A DNA stretch of 64,000 bases from Octopus vulgaris. Taxonomy: Eukaryota. A program made the position numbers and the translations under genes. The notes under the pieces are model-generated. The model was not told where the DNA came from. It saw only the letters and a program-made list of their open reading frames with translations, and did not search any database. Where the stretch lies: assembly GCA_951406725.2 (NCBI GenBank), contig OX597821.1, positions 3,968,001 to 4,032,000 of the forward strand, in the 5' to 3' direction. Positions 27,380-41,965 of the stretch are shown piece by piece (positions within the stretch are counted from its first letter, which is position 1; the number at the start of each line of letters is the position of its first letter).

Positions 27380-28340
27380 TTCATATCTCACTGTAGTCAT
27401 ACTATAGTTCTGAAATTATAAAAGATTATATTGCACGATAACCCTCTCCATATAATAAGTGCTGTACCTCCTAGGTTTATCGTTTGTTGTTAGGTAGAGT
27501 GATGCTTTACTTGATTTTGCTTAAGAATGTTTCCTCGTCATTTTGAGAAAACTATGTTTCCGAACACATATGTTATGGATTGGCGTAACATTTTGTACAT
27601 GTCACAGATCTCAATATCTAGAACCTTATATTCAGAATTGCTTGCAATGAACTTAACTAAGATGTTTCAATCACTTGAAACTTTCAAAGCAGCAGACATA
27701 TTTTCCTTTGCTTATTTAATTATGACTTCTGACTTATTTGCATTGCTTCCCCTCTCTATCTGCATGGACACGCTTCATAAGGTTGGATCTATTGTCATTC
27801 TTAGCAACTGTTACTAGATTGTGGTCATACCATTTTTAATCTGCTGTAATATTTATTATATTCCCTGCATATCATCCATTGTATAGTTACTGCTCTCATA
27901 TTGTACATATATTCGGTGTTTGCAATTAATCAGTAACTGGCAATGGTGGAATATGGGATCTCATCCAAAATTCCGCATGACGTACTCATTAGGTCCTTGC
28001 CAGACACCCTACTTCCAATGGTGCAATGAACAATGTCAAAGAATTCGACCTTGAATGGCAATAAATAAGCCATCTGTCTCGACCTTGATTCCATCACATT
28101 TAAGACAAAGTTTTCCCTCTCGTTTGCTAATATCACGCGCCTTAAGCTTTTGATGATAATCCTCACGCTTAACTATTCCACCTTCCCAGTTTCTTCTAAA
28201 TTGTTACTAACTATTTTTATCTCGTTCCCCCTGTTTACCTTTTACTGGTTAAAAAATAGTTCTTTTGTTCATGCAGAGATATTCAGTTTTTGTGAGAAAC
28301 TTTTCATCTCTTTTAGGATACACATTCTACCGTGGTCATG
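27380..28340 (-). pseudogene. possible highly decayed LINE fragment (APE to pre-RT region)
   Basis: Weak minus-strand traces (LN-DG, DIVHCT, VIIK*AKEN, YNL..ISEL) in the order expected for I-group LINEs. Confidence 0.3.
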
Positions 28341-28678
28341 ATTTCTCGAAGGATGTTTTGTGTCGTTGGGTGTCAGTTATCTCAGGCGATGTAGTTGAAC
28401 TTAAAGCTTAGTCCAACTTGTACTAAGACTCCCACTTTCCTCGGTTATGTGAGGTTGCACCCAACAAACACACATACATACACACACACATACACAAACA
28501 CACACACACTCTCTCTTTCTCTCTCTCTCACACACACACACACATACACAAATACACACATTTGTGTAAATAAGTTAAGATTATAACATGTGGAATTATA
28601 AAATACAAGCGTACATTTCTGTGAAATAATACGTCTGTATATATCTATGCATGCATAAATGTGTATGTATGCGCGTGC

Positions 28679-28724
<46 letters not shown>

Positions 28725-28840
28725 GTGTGTGAGGGCGTGTGAGAGAGCGCGTTTGTGTGTGTAGATATATACACGCACACACATATATATCAAAATTGTT
28801 GTGTTGTATGTGATTTCTTTCCATAAATAAATGAACAAAT

Positions 28841-28871
<31 letters not shown>

Positions 28872-28960
28872 CCGGAATAAGCACATAAATGTGAAACATG
28901 GTGGGAAAAAGAGTACTCAAATACCAGAGGTAGAGTAATATATATATATATATATACGTG

Positions 28961-28993
<33 letters not shown>

Positions 28994-29024
28994 TTACACA
29001 TACATATATATATATATATACGTG

Positions 29025-29059
<35 letters not shown>

Positions 29060-29090
29060 TTACACATACACGTATATATATGTGTGTATA

Positions 29091-29128
<38 letters not shown>

Positions 29129-29374
29129 CATACATGTATATACACATATGTACATATTTATCTTTTACTTGCTTCAGGTATTCGGCTCTGGCCATGCAGG
29201 GACAGCTTCTTGTTGGGTTTTAATCTAACATATTAACCCAATGGGTTAGTTACTTGTAGAACATAATAGCTATTCTATCCTTCTGATTTGCAAAACCGTT
29301 AGCTTAAGGGGACGTAAACAAACCAAACACAGGTTGTGAAGCGTCGGTATGTCCCCCCCCCCAAAAAAAAACAT

Positions 29375-29413
<39 letters not shown>

Positions 29414-29483
29414 TATGATCATATATATATATATATATATATATGATCATATATATGACCACACTAGCTAGCTAGCTAGCTAG

Positions 29484-29571
<88 letters not shown>

Positions 29572-30525
29572 AATACGCGTATATATCTCTATATATTTAT
29601 ATATAAATATAAATACATGAATACCAGGTAGTACATGGGTATACAGAAGTATATACACACAAACAAATATGTTTGTGTGCTTATGTGTGCATGTGTTGTA
29701 TGTATCTGAATGTGAGTGTATTCATATCTGTGCTAGAATGTGGGTGTCTGTGTGTGTGCATGGGTGTGCACGTGTTTGTATGTAGAAGTATTTCTTTTCG
29801 TACGTTTTGCCATTACCTTTAGATTTTTGCCAGCCAGTTTATGTATGAGTGGAGTGGGGTGTTTGTCTGTGTCTGTGTCTGTTTTTTGCGTATGAGTGTG
29901 TTTGTGCCTCTGTGCTTGTGTGTGTGTGTGTGTGTGTGTGAGGTTTACTGTCTGCATATAGTTGTGCAGCTGTATAGAAGTGACTGGCAAGCATGCATCA
30001 AATAATGCACCGGTGAGTCACCAACGACATCACGGAAGTCAAATATAGCGTTGAGTATGGCGGAGGGGAGAGACTGTAACCGTAAAGACAAGGTAGAAAG
30101 CTAAGCTAGACGTGTGTGTATGTTTGTATTCATGTGTGTGTGCGTGTTTGTGTGTGTGTGTGTGTGTGCGTGTGTGTGGTAGTATGCTGGAACAGTCTGG
30201 GATTGATGGCATGATGTAGCTAGGGAAGTAGGGTGACTGTGCTGGTAGTGGTGGTAGTGGTGATGCAGTCTGGAAATTGCATTGGTGTTGGGGTTGGTGT
30301 CGGTGTCGATGGCGGGATCCGGAGTTAGTGATGCTGCTGGAGCTGGTGATAAAGTCATCTGGAGACGGGAAGCTGTTGTGACGTTGCAGTCGTGTTGCCT
30401 ACTTTAGAGGGATCGTGTCGTGTGTTGCATTTGTTGTCATGATTATAGTGATGGCGGTGCTTGTGTTGTTATTGTTATTTGTGGAGACGGTGGTTGTATT
30501 GGTGTTAATGGTGATGGTGGTGGTA

Positions 30526-31081
30526 CCATCATCACTGCCATATCGCAGTTCACCTATCGCGCCCTCAATACATCGCGCATTTTTTGTGGCTAATATATGT
30601 AAATACACGTGGCACACTCCTCAGCGTATTGCGGGTTTCTGCGGCCGATAGGTATTTATATTCTATCAGATTTTAATTATTTCTGTGGTAAAATAAGCAT
30701 TTTCACGCCAAAAAATTAGTGAATTAATAAATATAATTAGAGTACAGTACAACACTGTGTAACACATTAATTAAACTATATTAAAAGAAAATACGTAGTG
30801 TACCGTAGATGATTAAAGAAAGAATCGCACATATTGAATGGAAAAGAAAAATTGGGTGGCGACTGTATGGTGTTGTTTGCATTTATAATAAAATCAGTCA
30901 TTTGACTGCGGCCATGCAGGAGCACCGCTTTGAGTCGGGCAAATCCACCACTGCACTTATTCTTTGAAAGCCTGGTACTTATTCGATCGGTCACTTTTGT
31001 CGAACCGCTAAGTTACGGGGACGTAAATACACCAGCATCGGTTGTCAAGAGATGTTGGTTGGGACAAATACAGACAAACAA

Positions 31082-31113
<32 letters not shown>

Positions 31114-31345
31114 TCGTATCCAAATCATTGGTCGGCCCGAGGTTATAGTAAAAGACACTTGCCCAAGGTGCCACGTGGTTGGTAAGCAGACTACTTACCA
31201 CACAGCCACTTCTTCGCCTATGCAAATCATAAAAATAATAATATAAAAATATATAAAGTAAAGTAATGTTTCTACTTCGCGGATTTTCACATATCGCGGG
31301 GGGTGGATTTGGAACGCAACACCCGCGATAGTGAAGAGATTATTG
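30526..31345 (+). mobile_element. pogo/Tigger-like non-autonomous DNA element carrying a nested SINE
   Basis: Left end atatcgcagttcacctatcgcg...catcgcgcatttt and right end tacttcgcggattttcacatatcgcggg...ggaacgcaacacccgcgatagtgaagagattattg resemble Tigger-type termini. Confidence 0.5.
30895..31220 (-). mobile_element. SINE family A
   Basis: cagtcatttgactgcggccatgc...gaaccgctaagttacggggacgtaa...gacacttgcccaaggtgccacg; aligns by eye with 42650-43037. Confidence 0.85.
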
Positions 31346-32455
31346 AATTGGTGTTTGCGGTGATGGCGGGGACGACAGTGATGGCTATAGTGGTATCTAT
31401 TTCTAGGTGCTAGTACTATTTATTCTGTTGTTGCGTACCTGTGGTCATGGTAGCTGTTTTACTTTTAACTTCAGATCAAACGTAATTTAGTAACCCTTAG
31501 GATCATAAAATTTCCAACCGTGACTACACTGTCGATTTCTTCTACCCAGGGAATACACGTCTTTATCGAATACGTTCTTCTCTAAAATGATAGAATTTGG
31601 ATTTGGAGGTACTATGGCTGCACCTTGGAGCACACCGTGTGTCCACACGACGTGGGTATGTGTGATGAGATCGTGATGGTTTCGGTCATGATACGGTCAT
31701 GTGGCACGTTGTGACCGTGATAGGAAAGGTGATGGTGATGGTGGTGTTGTTGGTAATGTGGTTGTTTGTGCTGTTGAGGTTGTTTGTAGTTGTGTTCATG
31801 TGGTCATCTTTTATCTTTTACTTCTGTCGCTCATTAAACTGCGGCCATGCCTCTCACCCAGCATGGCCGCAGCTTTCGGGCTGAAGCATTTTTAAGGATT
31901 TAAGGATTTAAACTTCTTGGCTAATGTTTTTAGTTCACCTTCAGCTTGACCCTCACTTAACTGGGATCATGCTCACGGGCTTTCCATCCATGGCCAGTCT
32001 CTCGGTATGCACCATAAGTGGAACCCATTTCCATGTTATCCAGTAAGTATTTTTTCTAAACTGGTAGAAAAACAATTAAATGCGGGGACTTGGTGGTTGT
32101 TTCTAGCAAGCAAAGTGACCACGTAGCAGACTTCTCATCGGTGCCTGTGGGTGTGATCGCGTTTGAGCGGCGGCGGCGGTGAAGTCGGTGGAGCTGGTCG
32201 TAACGGTTGTGGTGGTGATGGCGGTAGTGTTGGTAACAGCGGCGGCAGCGGCACTGCGGTAGGGGTGCTGGTACAGGTGTGGTGTGTTTTGTTCCCTTAC
32301 TTTTGCCGTGGTTGTTTTGTTGCAGTGGAAGGTAGCGGAGATTGTAGCGGGGTGAGAAGAGTCGGCTGTGATGACAGACCGCCGAGGTACCGATTTAGAT
32401 TCTAAGCTGCGGTGCTGGTGGTTGTGATGGGTATGATTTAGCGGTGGCGTGATTA

Positions 32456-32499
<44 letters not shown>

Positions 32500-33317
32500 T
32501 GTATGTTTCTATGCCTATGTGTGTCCGAGCGCGTGTTGCTTAGGATGTGCGGAACGTGCGGTGTTGTTGAAATAAGTGTGTGATGTTTGTGTACATTGTG
32601 GAGGGGGATTAAATATATATATGACAGGAAATATTAACGTTCATAAAAATGACACAGAAGGACTTGTGTATGTGTACGCCCGGTTTTCTATGTGTGTGAG
32701 TGATTTTGCGACTATCGGTGAATGCCTATGCTTCTCTGAATGTGTCTATATGTATTGGTATATATATAGGAGTGTGTTAAGTGCCTCAATGAATTTATGT
32801 GTGTGTCTTTGCGTGTGCGTGCGCTTGATGTTTGACTGTGGGAAGTCGTCCAATGTATGACAGGAAGCAAATGTGCTGATGTGTATTTATGTGTGTTTCC
32901 ATGTACATAAATCAATCTATGGTCGTGTGTATTTTACGTGAGTGTATGTGCGTGTGAGTGTGTGTGAATGCATGTGTAAATATGTATTCGTGTGTGCGTG
33001 TGTGCATGTATATATGTATGCGTGCGCACACATACACACACATATATATATATATGTAGATGCATATATATATATATACATGTATATATATATATATATA
33101 TATACATCTGTGTGTGTAGCTACATACATATATATGCATGTATATGTATATATATATATATATATGTGTTTGTGTGTATGCATGTGTGTATACATATATA
33201 TATATATATATATATGCATATATATATGTATATGCATATATATATATATATGCATATATATATGTATATGCATATATATATATATGTTTATATATATGTA
33301 TATATGCATATATATGT

Positions 33318-33552
33318 AGAGGCGCAATGGCCTAGTGGTTAGGGCAGCGGACTCGCGGTCGCAGGATCGCGGTTTCGGTTCTCAGACCGGGCGTTGTGTG
33401 TGTTTATTGAGCGAAAACACCTAAAAGCTCTACGAGGCTCCGGCAGGGGATGGTGATCCCTGCTGTACTCTTTCACCACAATGGCGGTGCCCCAGCATGG
33501 CCACAGCTCAAGAGCTGAAACTGGAAAAACAAAAAAACAAAAAAAACAAAAA
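33318..33552 (+). mobile_element. SINE family B head and body joined to a CR1-type 3' tail
   Basis: tggcctagtggttag A box; at about 33481 it switches to ggcggtgccccagcatggccacagctc...gctgaaac plus an A-rich tail. Confidence 0.75.
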
Positions 33553-33584
33553 AAATATATACATATATATATTTCAATATATAA

Positions 33585-33840
33585 GAGTAGGTTCTGCAAA
33601 AGCTTGGATTTCAAAGGACCCCTGCTCTTCAACATCCTTCAAAAAACTGGATCTCTTCCTGCCAAGCTTTCCAGATGAGCCTACCTGACGGTAGAAAACA
33701 GAGATTAGGCGAGCAGCATGAAACACCCACATTCACCAACTGCCACATGTCAGAGAAGGTTTCAAATAATGGTAGAGCACAGACAAAGGTGGTACTCTAG
33801 CATGGGTGCAGATTTAAAGCTGAAATACTTTAAAGAGTTA
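33585..33840 (+). pseudogene. CR1-like LINE 3' end (ORF C-terminus and tail)
   Basis: SRFCKSLDFKGPLLFNIL then FKKLDLFLPSFPDEP and RRAA*N. Tail aaggtggtactctagcatgggtgcag...gctgaaa. Confidence 0.7.
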
Positions 33841-33852
33841 AATAATTAAAGA

Positions 33853-33854
<2 letters not shown>

Positions 33855-33895
<41 letters not shown>

Positions 33896-33900
33896 GTGTG

Positions 33901-33973
<73 letters not shown>

Positions 33974-33981
33974 GATATAAG

Positions 33982-34022
<41 letters not shown>

Positions 34023-34084
34023 TATATATATTCACATGTATTTAAATGTATATCTATATTTATCTATCTATCTAGCTAGCTAGC

Positions 34085-34122
<38 letters not shown>

Positions 34123-34190
34123 TAGATAGATAGATAGATAGGTATATATATATATATATATATATATAGATAGATAGATAGATAGATAGG

Positions 34191-34221
<31 letters not shown>

Positions 34222-34223
34222 GC

Positions 34224-34304
<81 letters not shown>

Positions 34305-34327
34305 TTTAGATAGATAGATAGATAGAT

Positions 34328-34358
<31 letters not shown>

Positions 34359-34402
34359 TGTCTATATAAATGTACACAGATATATATATAAATATATATA
34401 TT
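33855..34402. repeat. (TA)n/(TAGA)n microsatellite field
   Basis: Direct reading. Confidence 0.95.
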
Positions 34403-34869
34403 CATTTATATATATGTGGATGTGGGGGTGTATGTCTGTATCTATGTTTGTGTGTGCTGTAGGTGTATAGTGTATGGTGTAGGAGTAAAATTCCAAATAG
34501 TGATACTCAGAATAATTACAAGTGCGAGAATGCATATGTAGGTGTTTGAATACATATATCTATGCGCTGGTATGTATATGTAAATTTTGTGCCGTATGTA
34601 TATATATCTTATATTAATGTTTTTACAACTAGCGCCTCGGACCCACATGACGATAGATTTCAGTGTGGGTGTGTTGAAATGAATAAGTATGTTCGTGAAT
34701 ACATGTCTTTATTTTTGTGTGTGTATGTGTGTGTGCGCGTGTGTGTGCTTCTCTGTGTATATGTGTGTATGCGAAAATGTAGTTATGTATATACGTGTGT
34801 GTGTGTTGGAATTTGACGTGTAAATGTATGAGATTATAAAAGCGACATGCTATGAGAGTGTATGGATAC

Positions 34870-34970
<101 letters not shown>

Positions 34971-35225
34971 TGTATATATATATATATTTATATAATATAT
35001 ATATATAAATATACATATATATATATGCATATAAGATATATACATACATATATATCTATATTTGTGTGTGTGTGTATGTATATATGTATATGTATATATA
35101 CATACATATATATATATATGTTTGTGTGTGTTTGTGTGTAAGTATGTATATATAAATATTTATATATATATATACATACACACACATATATATATATATA
35201 TATGTATATAGATATATACATATAT

Positions 35226-35257
<32 letters not shown>

Positions 35258-37321
35258 ATATATATAAATATGTATATATATCGTTGTATTTGGCGATGGT
35301 CATGTTTCCAGTTGAGCCAATAAAACGCACTATATATTTGGTGTTAATTTGCTTCAGCTATATTTTTTACATTAATCGAGTTCTTTTGTTACACCTCTGT
35401 GACCTCATCGGTTTTCCTTTCCTTTTCCTTTCTTGTTTGTGTGTTCTCCTTACTAACGATCTATATATATATATATAAGAAGGCTTGTCTGTATATGTGT
35501 AGGTGTTGTGGTACGTGGATGTTGTTATAATGATAGTTGTCGTAGGCTGAGCGTCGTGGGTATGTATAACTCTTCCACAACCGGCTTTTATGCTTGAGAT
35601 TGCGGATGAAGCGTTTGTTATTTTGCAGGTGTGCTTCCATACTTGCGCGTATGTTAGCGTGTGTGAGTGTGTGTGCGCGCGTGCTATTGCATGCGTGTGC
35701 ATGTTTGTGTGTGCATGTTTGTGTGTGCATGTATGTGTGTATTCCCTGTGAATTTATGCACATTTATGTGTACGGATATATTTACATGAGTAGGTGTGTA
35801 GATGCATGCATGTGCTTGTGTGATTGCAATTACAAGAGTGTTTCTGTGTATGTGCTAAACATTTTATGCGTCCATGTGCCTCTAAAATTTTGCCTGGTTG
35901 TGTGGCAAGAATCCTGCTCCAAAACCGCATGGTTCCAACTTCCGTTTCATTACGAAGGAGTCTGGTTAATTCTGTTTTATAACATATTGGCTCGACTTAT
36001 TCCTTTGGAAGTGTTGTGGTGGACGGAAGATGAAAAAATGAAGAAAGAAAACCGTCGCATCAGCGTGTGTATACATATGTATATATACATATAAATATAT
36101 ATATATACGTGTATATATATACAGATATATATATATATATATATATACATACAGATATATATATATATATATATATGCATACAGATATACATATATATAT
36201 ATATACATACATACATACATACATATACACACACACACACATATATATATATATGTGAGTGTGTCACCTTTCATTTTTGCGTGACCTATTGTGCGCGTTC
36301 ACGTGTGTACTTGCATTTCTGCCCCACCAAACGTACGATGTTAGTTTGTTTATGTTCGCATAACATAGCGTCCGGCGGCAAATGAGACCCATAGAATATG
36401 TACCAGACTGAAAAATTAATAAGTACCGGGGTCGAGGTCTACAAGTAAACCCCTTCGCGACACTGCTCCAGCATGGCCGCAGTCCAAAGCATACAACAAG
36501 CGAAACAGAAAGACTAAAACATATATATATGAATATGGTGGTATACTTATATATACACACATATATAGATGTGTGTCCGTGTACGTGTTTGTGTGTGTGT
36601 ATGTGTCTGTGTGTCTGTGTGTGTGTGGGGGGGTGAAGTATGTGTGTGTTTGTATCTCCTAGCTTTCCCATATATGTGTTTCTGTGTGATTTGCATTCCT
36701 GTTGAAAATGTCTCTGTGGAAGTAGGCATTATCGTGTGGTTAAAAAAAGTGTGTCTGGAGCCAGAAGGTGACTGGTTTACTATCACTGCGGGTCACTACG
36801 GGGAATCTACGACTAATGACTATTACTTCAGCTTTGGCTCAACCCAAGCAAAGTGTATGAAATCTGTGACACAACAGCTGTTTCGAACAACATTGCATCA
36901 GTTATGCATTACATCCAAAGAGGATTTGCAGTTTGTTAATGTTTCGTATAGGTTTTAGCCTGAGACTTGCATTGTGATCGGGGGAACCAGCAAATATCAC
37001 TTTTTAGCTAGTTTTTTTTATATATTTTGTATGAGTATTGCATAAACTGTACGCGCTATCTCTCTCTCTCTCTCTTTCTCTCTCCACCTTCTCTCTCAAC
37101 ACACACACACACACACACACACACTAATAAATATATGTACGTGTATAACTGGATAAAATTAAATATATAAACATACATACGCACGCACGTATATATGCAC
37201 ACACACACACACACACATATATATATAATTATATAACTACACAAACACATATCAATCGCAGTACCCCAGCGCGGCCACAGCCTCAAGGCTGAAACATATA
37301 AAAGAGTAAAACAATAAAAGA

Positions 37322-37361
<40 letters not shown>

Positions 37362-37399
37362 GTATACACATAATTCTATATATATGTATATATGTATGT

Positions 37400-37526
37400 G
37401 TGTATCACCGTGATCACCCAGACCGACCAGGCTATCAGATGTTGCTACACATCGCTGCTCACAATGCGCTTCGCATTGTTTTAGCCTTCAAATGACGCCA
37501 CCCCGCTGGCTAAGCGAGTAGGCCAA
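37400..37526 (+). mobile_element. probable LINE (RTE-type) 3' UTR fragment inserted in (TA)n
   Basis: GC-richer island between TA repeats, ending atgacgccaccccgctggctaagcgagtaggccaa; family assignment from memory only. Confidence 0.35.
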
Positions 37527-37769
37527 TATATATATATATATATGCACGCACACACGCAGGAAAGCTTTCTACTGTATGTGTGTGTGCATAAATATATGAG
37601 TGTATCGTGTAGGTTTGCAGTTTAGTGCATGAGTGTATACACATACATACGCATACACCTGTACACATTCACCCACGCAGAGGAAGAGCAGGAAAGAAAT
37701 AATCAAGCTAACCAGACAAACTGGGCACGCACCCAAGTACATATACGCACACATACAGATACTCACACA

Positions 37770-37802
37770 TAGATAGACACAATAGATAGATATATAGGTA
37801 GG

Positions 37803-37879
<77 letters not shown>

Positions 37880-38011
37880 GGATAGATGGATAGATAGATA
37901 GATAGATAGATAGGCAGGTAGGTAGGTAGATAGATAGATAGATAGATAGATAGGTAGGTAGGTAGGTAGATAGATAGATAGATAGATAGTTAGATAGATT
38001 GATAGAGAGAG

Positions 38012-38101
<90 letters not shown>
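37770..38101. repeat. (TAGA)n/(TAGG)n microsatellite
   Basis: Direct reading. Confidence 0.95.
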
Positions 38102-38585
38102 GGACAATCATATATAATGATGGAAAGAAAATAAAAGTGAATTGACAGATAAATATACTATTTGAGACAGCAGAGTTGCTTGGTTACTGTGGCGACGAAG
38201 ATGCGGCGACTCTAATGACATAGCCATCAACGACAGAAAATAGTAGTAGTTGCAGCTCCAGTGACAGTTGTAATAGTAGCAGCATCACAGCAAAACTACA
38301 TCAGTAACAACAACTACAACAAACAGATAAAGGTAAACATTTATGGAAGAATCTAGTAAGACCTGATATCTGTAGTATTGAATTCCTGTTCAAATCCTAG
38401 CCTTATATTATATTTAACAAATACCTGAAGGACATATTGAGTAATGTCGTCCAAGATACATTATTGTTATGAAAGGATGAGAGAAAGATTATAAACTAAA
38501 AGAGAAAAGCAGAAAGGAAATAAGAAACAAAATAGGATGTTAGTAGAAGCTGCAACTCAATTCGAATCTTCCATATATATATATG

Positions 38586-38688
<103 letters not shown>

Positions 38689-39090
38689 ATATATATATAT
38701 ATATATAAATGGAGTTAAAATAATTTGTATTAACTAATAGTAAATGCATTGCTGTTATATATATTGACGTATATAGAGAGCAACTCCATCTATGCGAGCT
38801 TAACATTCAGTAAGTAAAAGCAAGGGAGATAAATTCAGTATTCATAGTCATCTGTTGGTTTTATTATAGCGGAATTGTCTAAAATGTCAACTTGTTGAGG
38901 AAAGAGACCTGGTTCGAAACGAGTTGCTACTTTTAGCGACAGGTGGTCTGTAGCAATATATTAATATTATAAACAATGTTGTTTAGAAACCTTCTCCAAG
39001 GAAGCATTCTCCACAATAAATACATATAGGTTATTGTGTTAAATGTACAATACAATAAATTGGAAAGACTTGGTCCAACTTAAATTATTG

Positions 39091-39311
39091 TACGAGGGTG
39101 TGGTGAAAGGTTCCTGGCCTCGGGTAAAAGAAAATACGGGAGGATCTTAATTATTATTTTTATTTAACATGTTTTCTTCTTAGATACGCACACTTAGTGC
39201 CAAGGTTCCTTCTGTTTTTCTAATCCCTGTAAATGAATACTGACGGTTGGGTCTCAAACCAGACCTATCGCGACACCCTTAAAGCTGAGAAATTTTCAGT
39301 ACACCCTCGCA
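39091..39311. mobile_element. mariner-type MITE
   Basis: Terminal inverted repeats tacgagggtgtggtgaaaggttcctggcct and aaagctgagaaattttcagtacaccctcgca. Confidence 0.8.
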
Positions 39312-40504
39312 CAATTATAAGAGAAAAAGGTCCTCAAAATATGCTGGTGGTGTGTCCGATTAATCATGGCTCTAATCTAGGTTTATGTGACAGCAAAACT
39401 ATATCGTGAACACCACATAACCAACATAAGAGACTAAAAGGAAATGAAACTTCAACCAGAAGTGACCAACACGATCCTCTGTGTAATTACCAAATTTATC
39501 AATGAAATTAATGAAACAGTACAATGTAAGAACTAAAGAATCTATGTGTGATTGAAGAGTCAGAATTAATAGCTAAATCGACCTCTAATCAAACCCTTCA
39601 TGGGAAGAATAAAGGACAAATTTGATAATATGATATATATTCACGATGTACAAAAATGATATTGGTGTTGACTAGAAAGAATTCTATCAGTACCGTTAGT
39701 GCACACGTCTCCCCGTTTGAACACTAATAATCCTCAATACACCCAAGCATTTTGATAAAATAACTACCAGTTGCATACTGTGGTCGATGTAACCGACATT
39801 TTACCTCCCCCGAAACGGCTGGCCTATTGTCAAAATTTGAAGCTAATATATTCAAACTTTGTCTTAGATCCCCGATAGTTCAGGATCATTGACAAGTTGT
39901 ACATACTGTACCCACTTTCATAAATTTAATCACAGTTTTGTTCAATCTACGCTGCTGTAAACAATGATAAAACGCACGAACTGACAGAATGGATAGTGCG
40001 TCAGACAATGTGTTATTATCTAAAGGTTAAACCCTACCAATAACAATTTTCCTTTCTTCATTTCTAGATGGATAAAAATAAAGAACCAGTCAAGTGTTTG
40101 GTATTGAAACAATTAAATGAAAGAATCGTTTGGTCGTCGGACAAATTATTGCAATATTTATCTACGGCTATTCATATTCTCCGTTGAGAGGTTGTTAAAA
40201 AATGTTACTTATCGTGTACCGAACCACGCCATAGACTAACTCCTCACCCGTAACTTTCTTGTCTTCTGTCTATGACAGACCAATTATGAATTAACGGAAC
40301 ATTTGGATAACAGAATTCGCATATGCGGTTATGGCCTTATGCGTGCATGTTTGTGTGTGTGTGTGTTCCGAATTAAAATGCCGAGTGCGCTATTATACCG
40401 TTCCTTCTTCCGGGTAGATAAATGATACAATCAGGAACGTGATTTAATTGGCGAGCTTCTCCCTTCCAATATTCACATTGCCGCTAGGTTAGAAATTATG
40501 TAGC

Positions 40505-40677
40505 GACGGTGGCGGTGAGGTAAGAAGTTTGCTTCCCAACCACACGGGTCTGTGTTCTGTCTTGCAACGTAGCACCTTCGATTTAACTAAGCCTCGTGAA
40601 AGGATTAGTTAAACTGAAACTAAGAGACACATCGGGTATATAAATATATGTATACACACACACACACACACACACAG

Positions 40678-40726
<49 letters not shown>

Positions 40727-41035
40727 CATACATACATACACATATACATATATATATACAAATACTTATACATATATATATATATATATATATATTGGTG
40801 GATTTATCTATGTATGTGTGTGTTTCTGCCTGTCCCCCCACACCGCTTGACAGCCGGTGTTGTCGTTACGTCTTCGTTGACTTGCGGTTCTTCAGAAAAT
40901 AAACGATAGAATTGTATCAATACCCCGCGTTTTAAAACATAAGTACATGGAACGAATCGTTCAATGAAAATTCTTTAAGACGATACTTCAGATTAGCCGC
41001 AGTGCAATGACTGAATGAAGTAAAAAATAAAAGAT
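40505..41035 (+). mobile_element. degenerate SINE family A with expanded internal microsatellite
   Basis: ggtaagaagtttgcttcccaaccac head, aaactgaaa, about 200 bp TA/CA tract, ccgcagtgcaatgactgaa tail. Confidence 0.7.
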
Positions 41036-41965
41036 TAAATGAATTTATATTTCCTTTTTTTTTTTTTGAGAAGAACTAGATGTTATGAACGTTTCCCACG
41101 AAACAGCAAATATTTGTTTACGAATGAAAAGCAATAATCACTGATTCAGAAACGTCTATGATATCAAAATAATTGTTTGTTTTTGAAGTGTCTCGTATAG
41201 CATCAACAATGTAAAGCCATTACACGTAACAGAAATAACTGATGAAGTCACAGGTTTATTTTTTCACTGTATAACACGTAATCCAGATAGAGCACATCGG
41301 AATGTTTAAAAAGTTCGCTTCACACTCTCGGTGAATTATGGCTCCTTGTTGCATTTTGAGAGAGTATTAATATCTATAGTCTCGTCTCAACCCAAGTCTT
41401 ATAAATACTTTACGTTATTGGTCTAGGAATGATAGAAGCTAAATATGACCTCGGCAGGATTTGAAATCACATTCAAAATCAAAATATTTGATATTGCGTA
41501 CCATAAAGACATTTTATCCGAAGCTCTAACGAATCTGTATGTGTGCGTATATCTGCATGTACTTGTGTGCATGTCCAGTGTTTTTCTGGTTAGCTTATTT
41601 CTTTCCCGCTCATCCTCTGCGTGTGTGACAGTATCATCTGAGTATCATTCATAACTATGAAATCTCACTAAACATAATAATGGCTTAAGTTTCTGGCACA
41701 ATACCAGTAATATTGTGGGTGGGGACAAGACGATTACACCGACCCCAACACTCAACTGGTATTATTATATTCACGCAATATCTGCTGCCGTGGAATTTGA
41801 GCTGAGAACATAAATATTTACAAAATGCCCCTATGCTTTTTGCACGGCATGCCAATGGCTGTACCAGCTCAATATTTGCCATTATTTGTAATATTGGTTT
41901 ATAAATTTTGGAACGAGGCCAGCATTTTCGATGAAGGAGCTCCGAAATAATGAAAGGTTGAGGCG

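Noticed and set aside
33318-33395. tRNA-like sequence (also 54623, 2125-2185)
   Set aside because: Continues into a SINE body and I could not fold a complete cloverleaf; it is a SINE head, not a tRNA gene.
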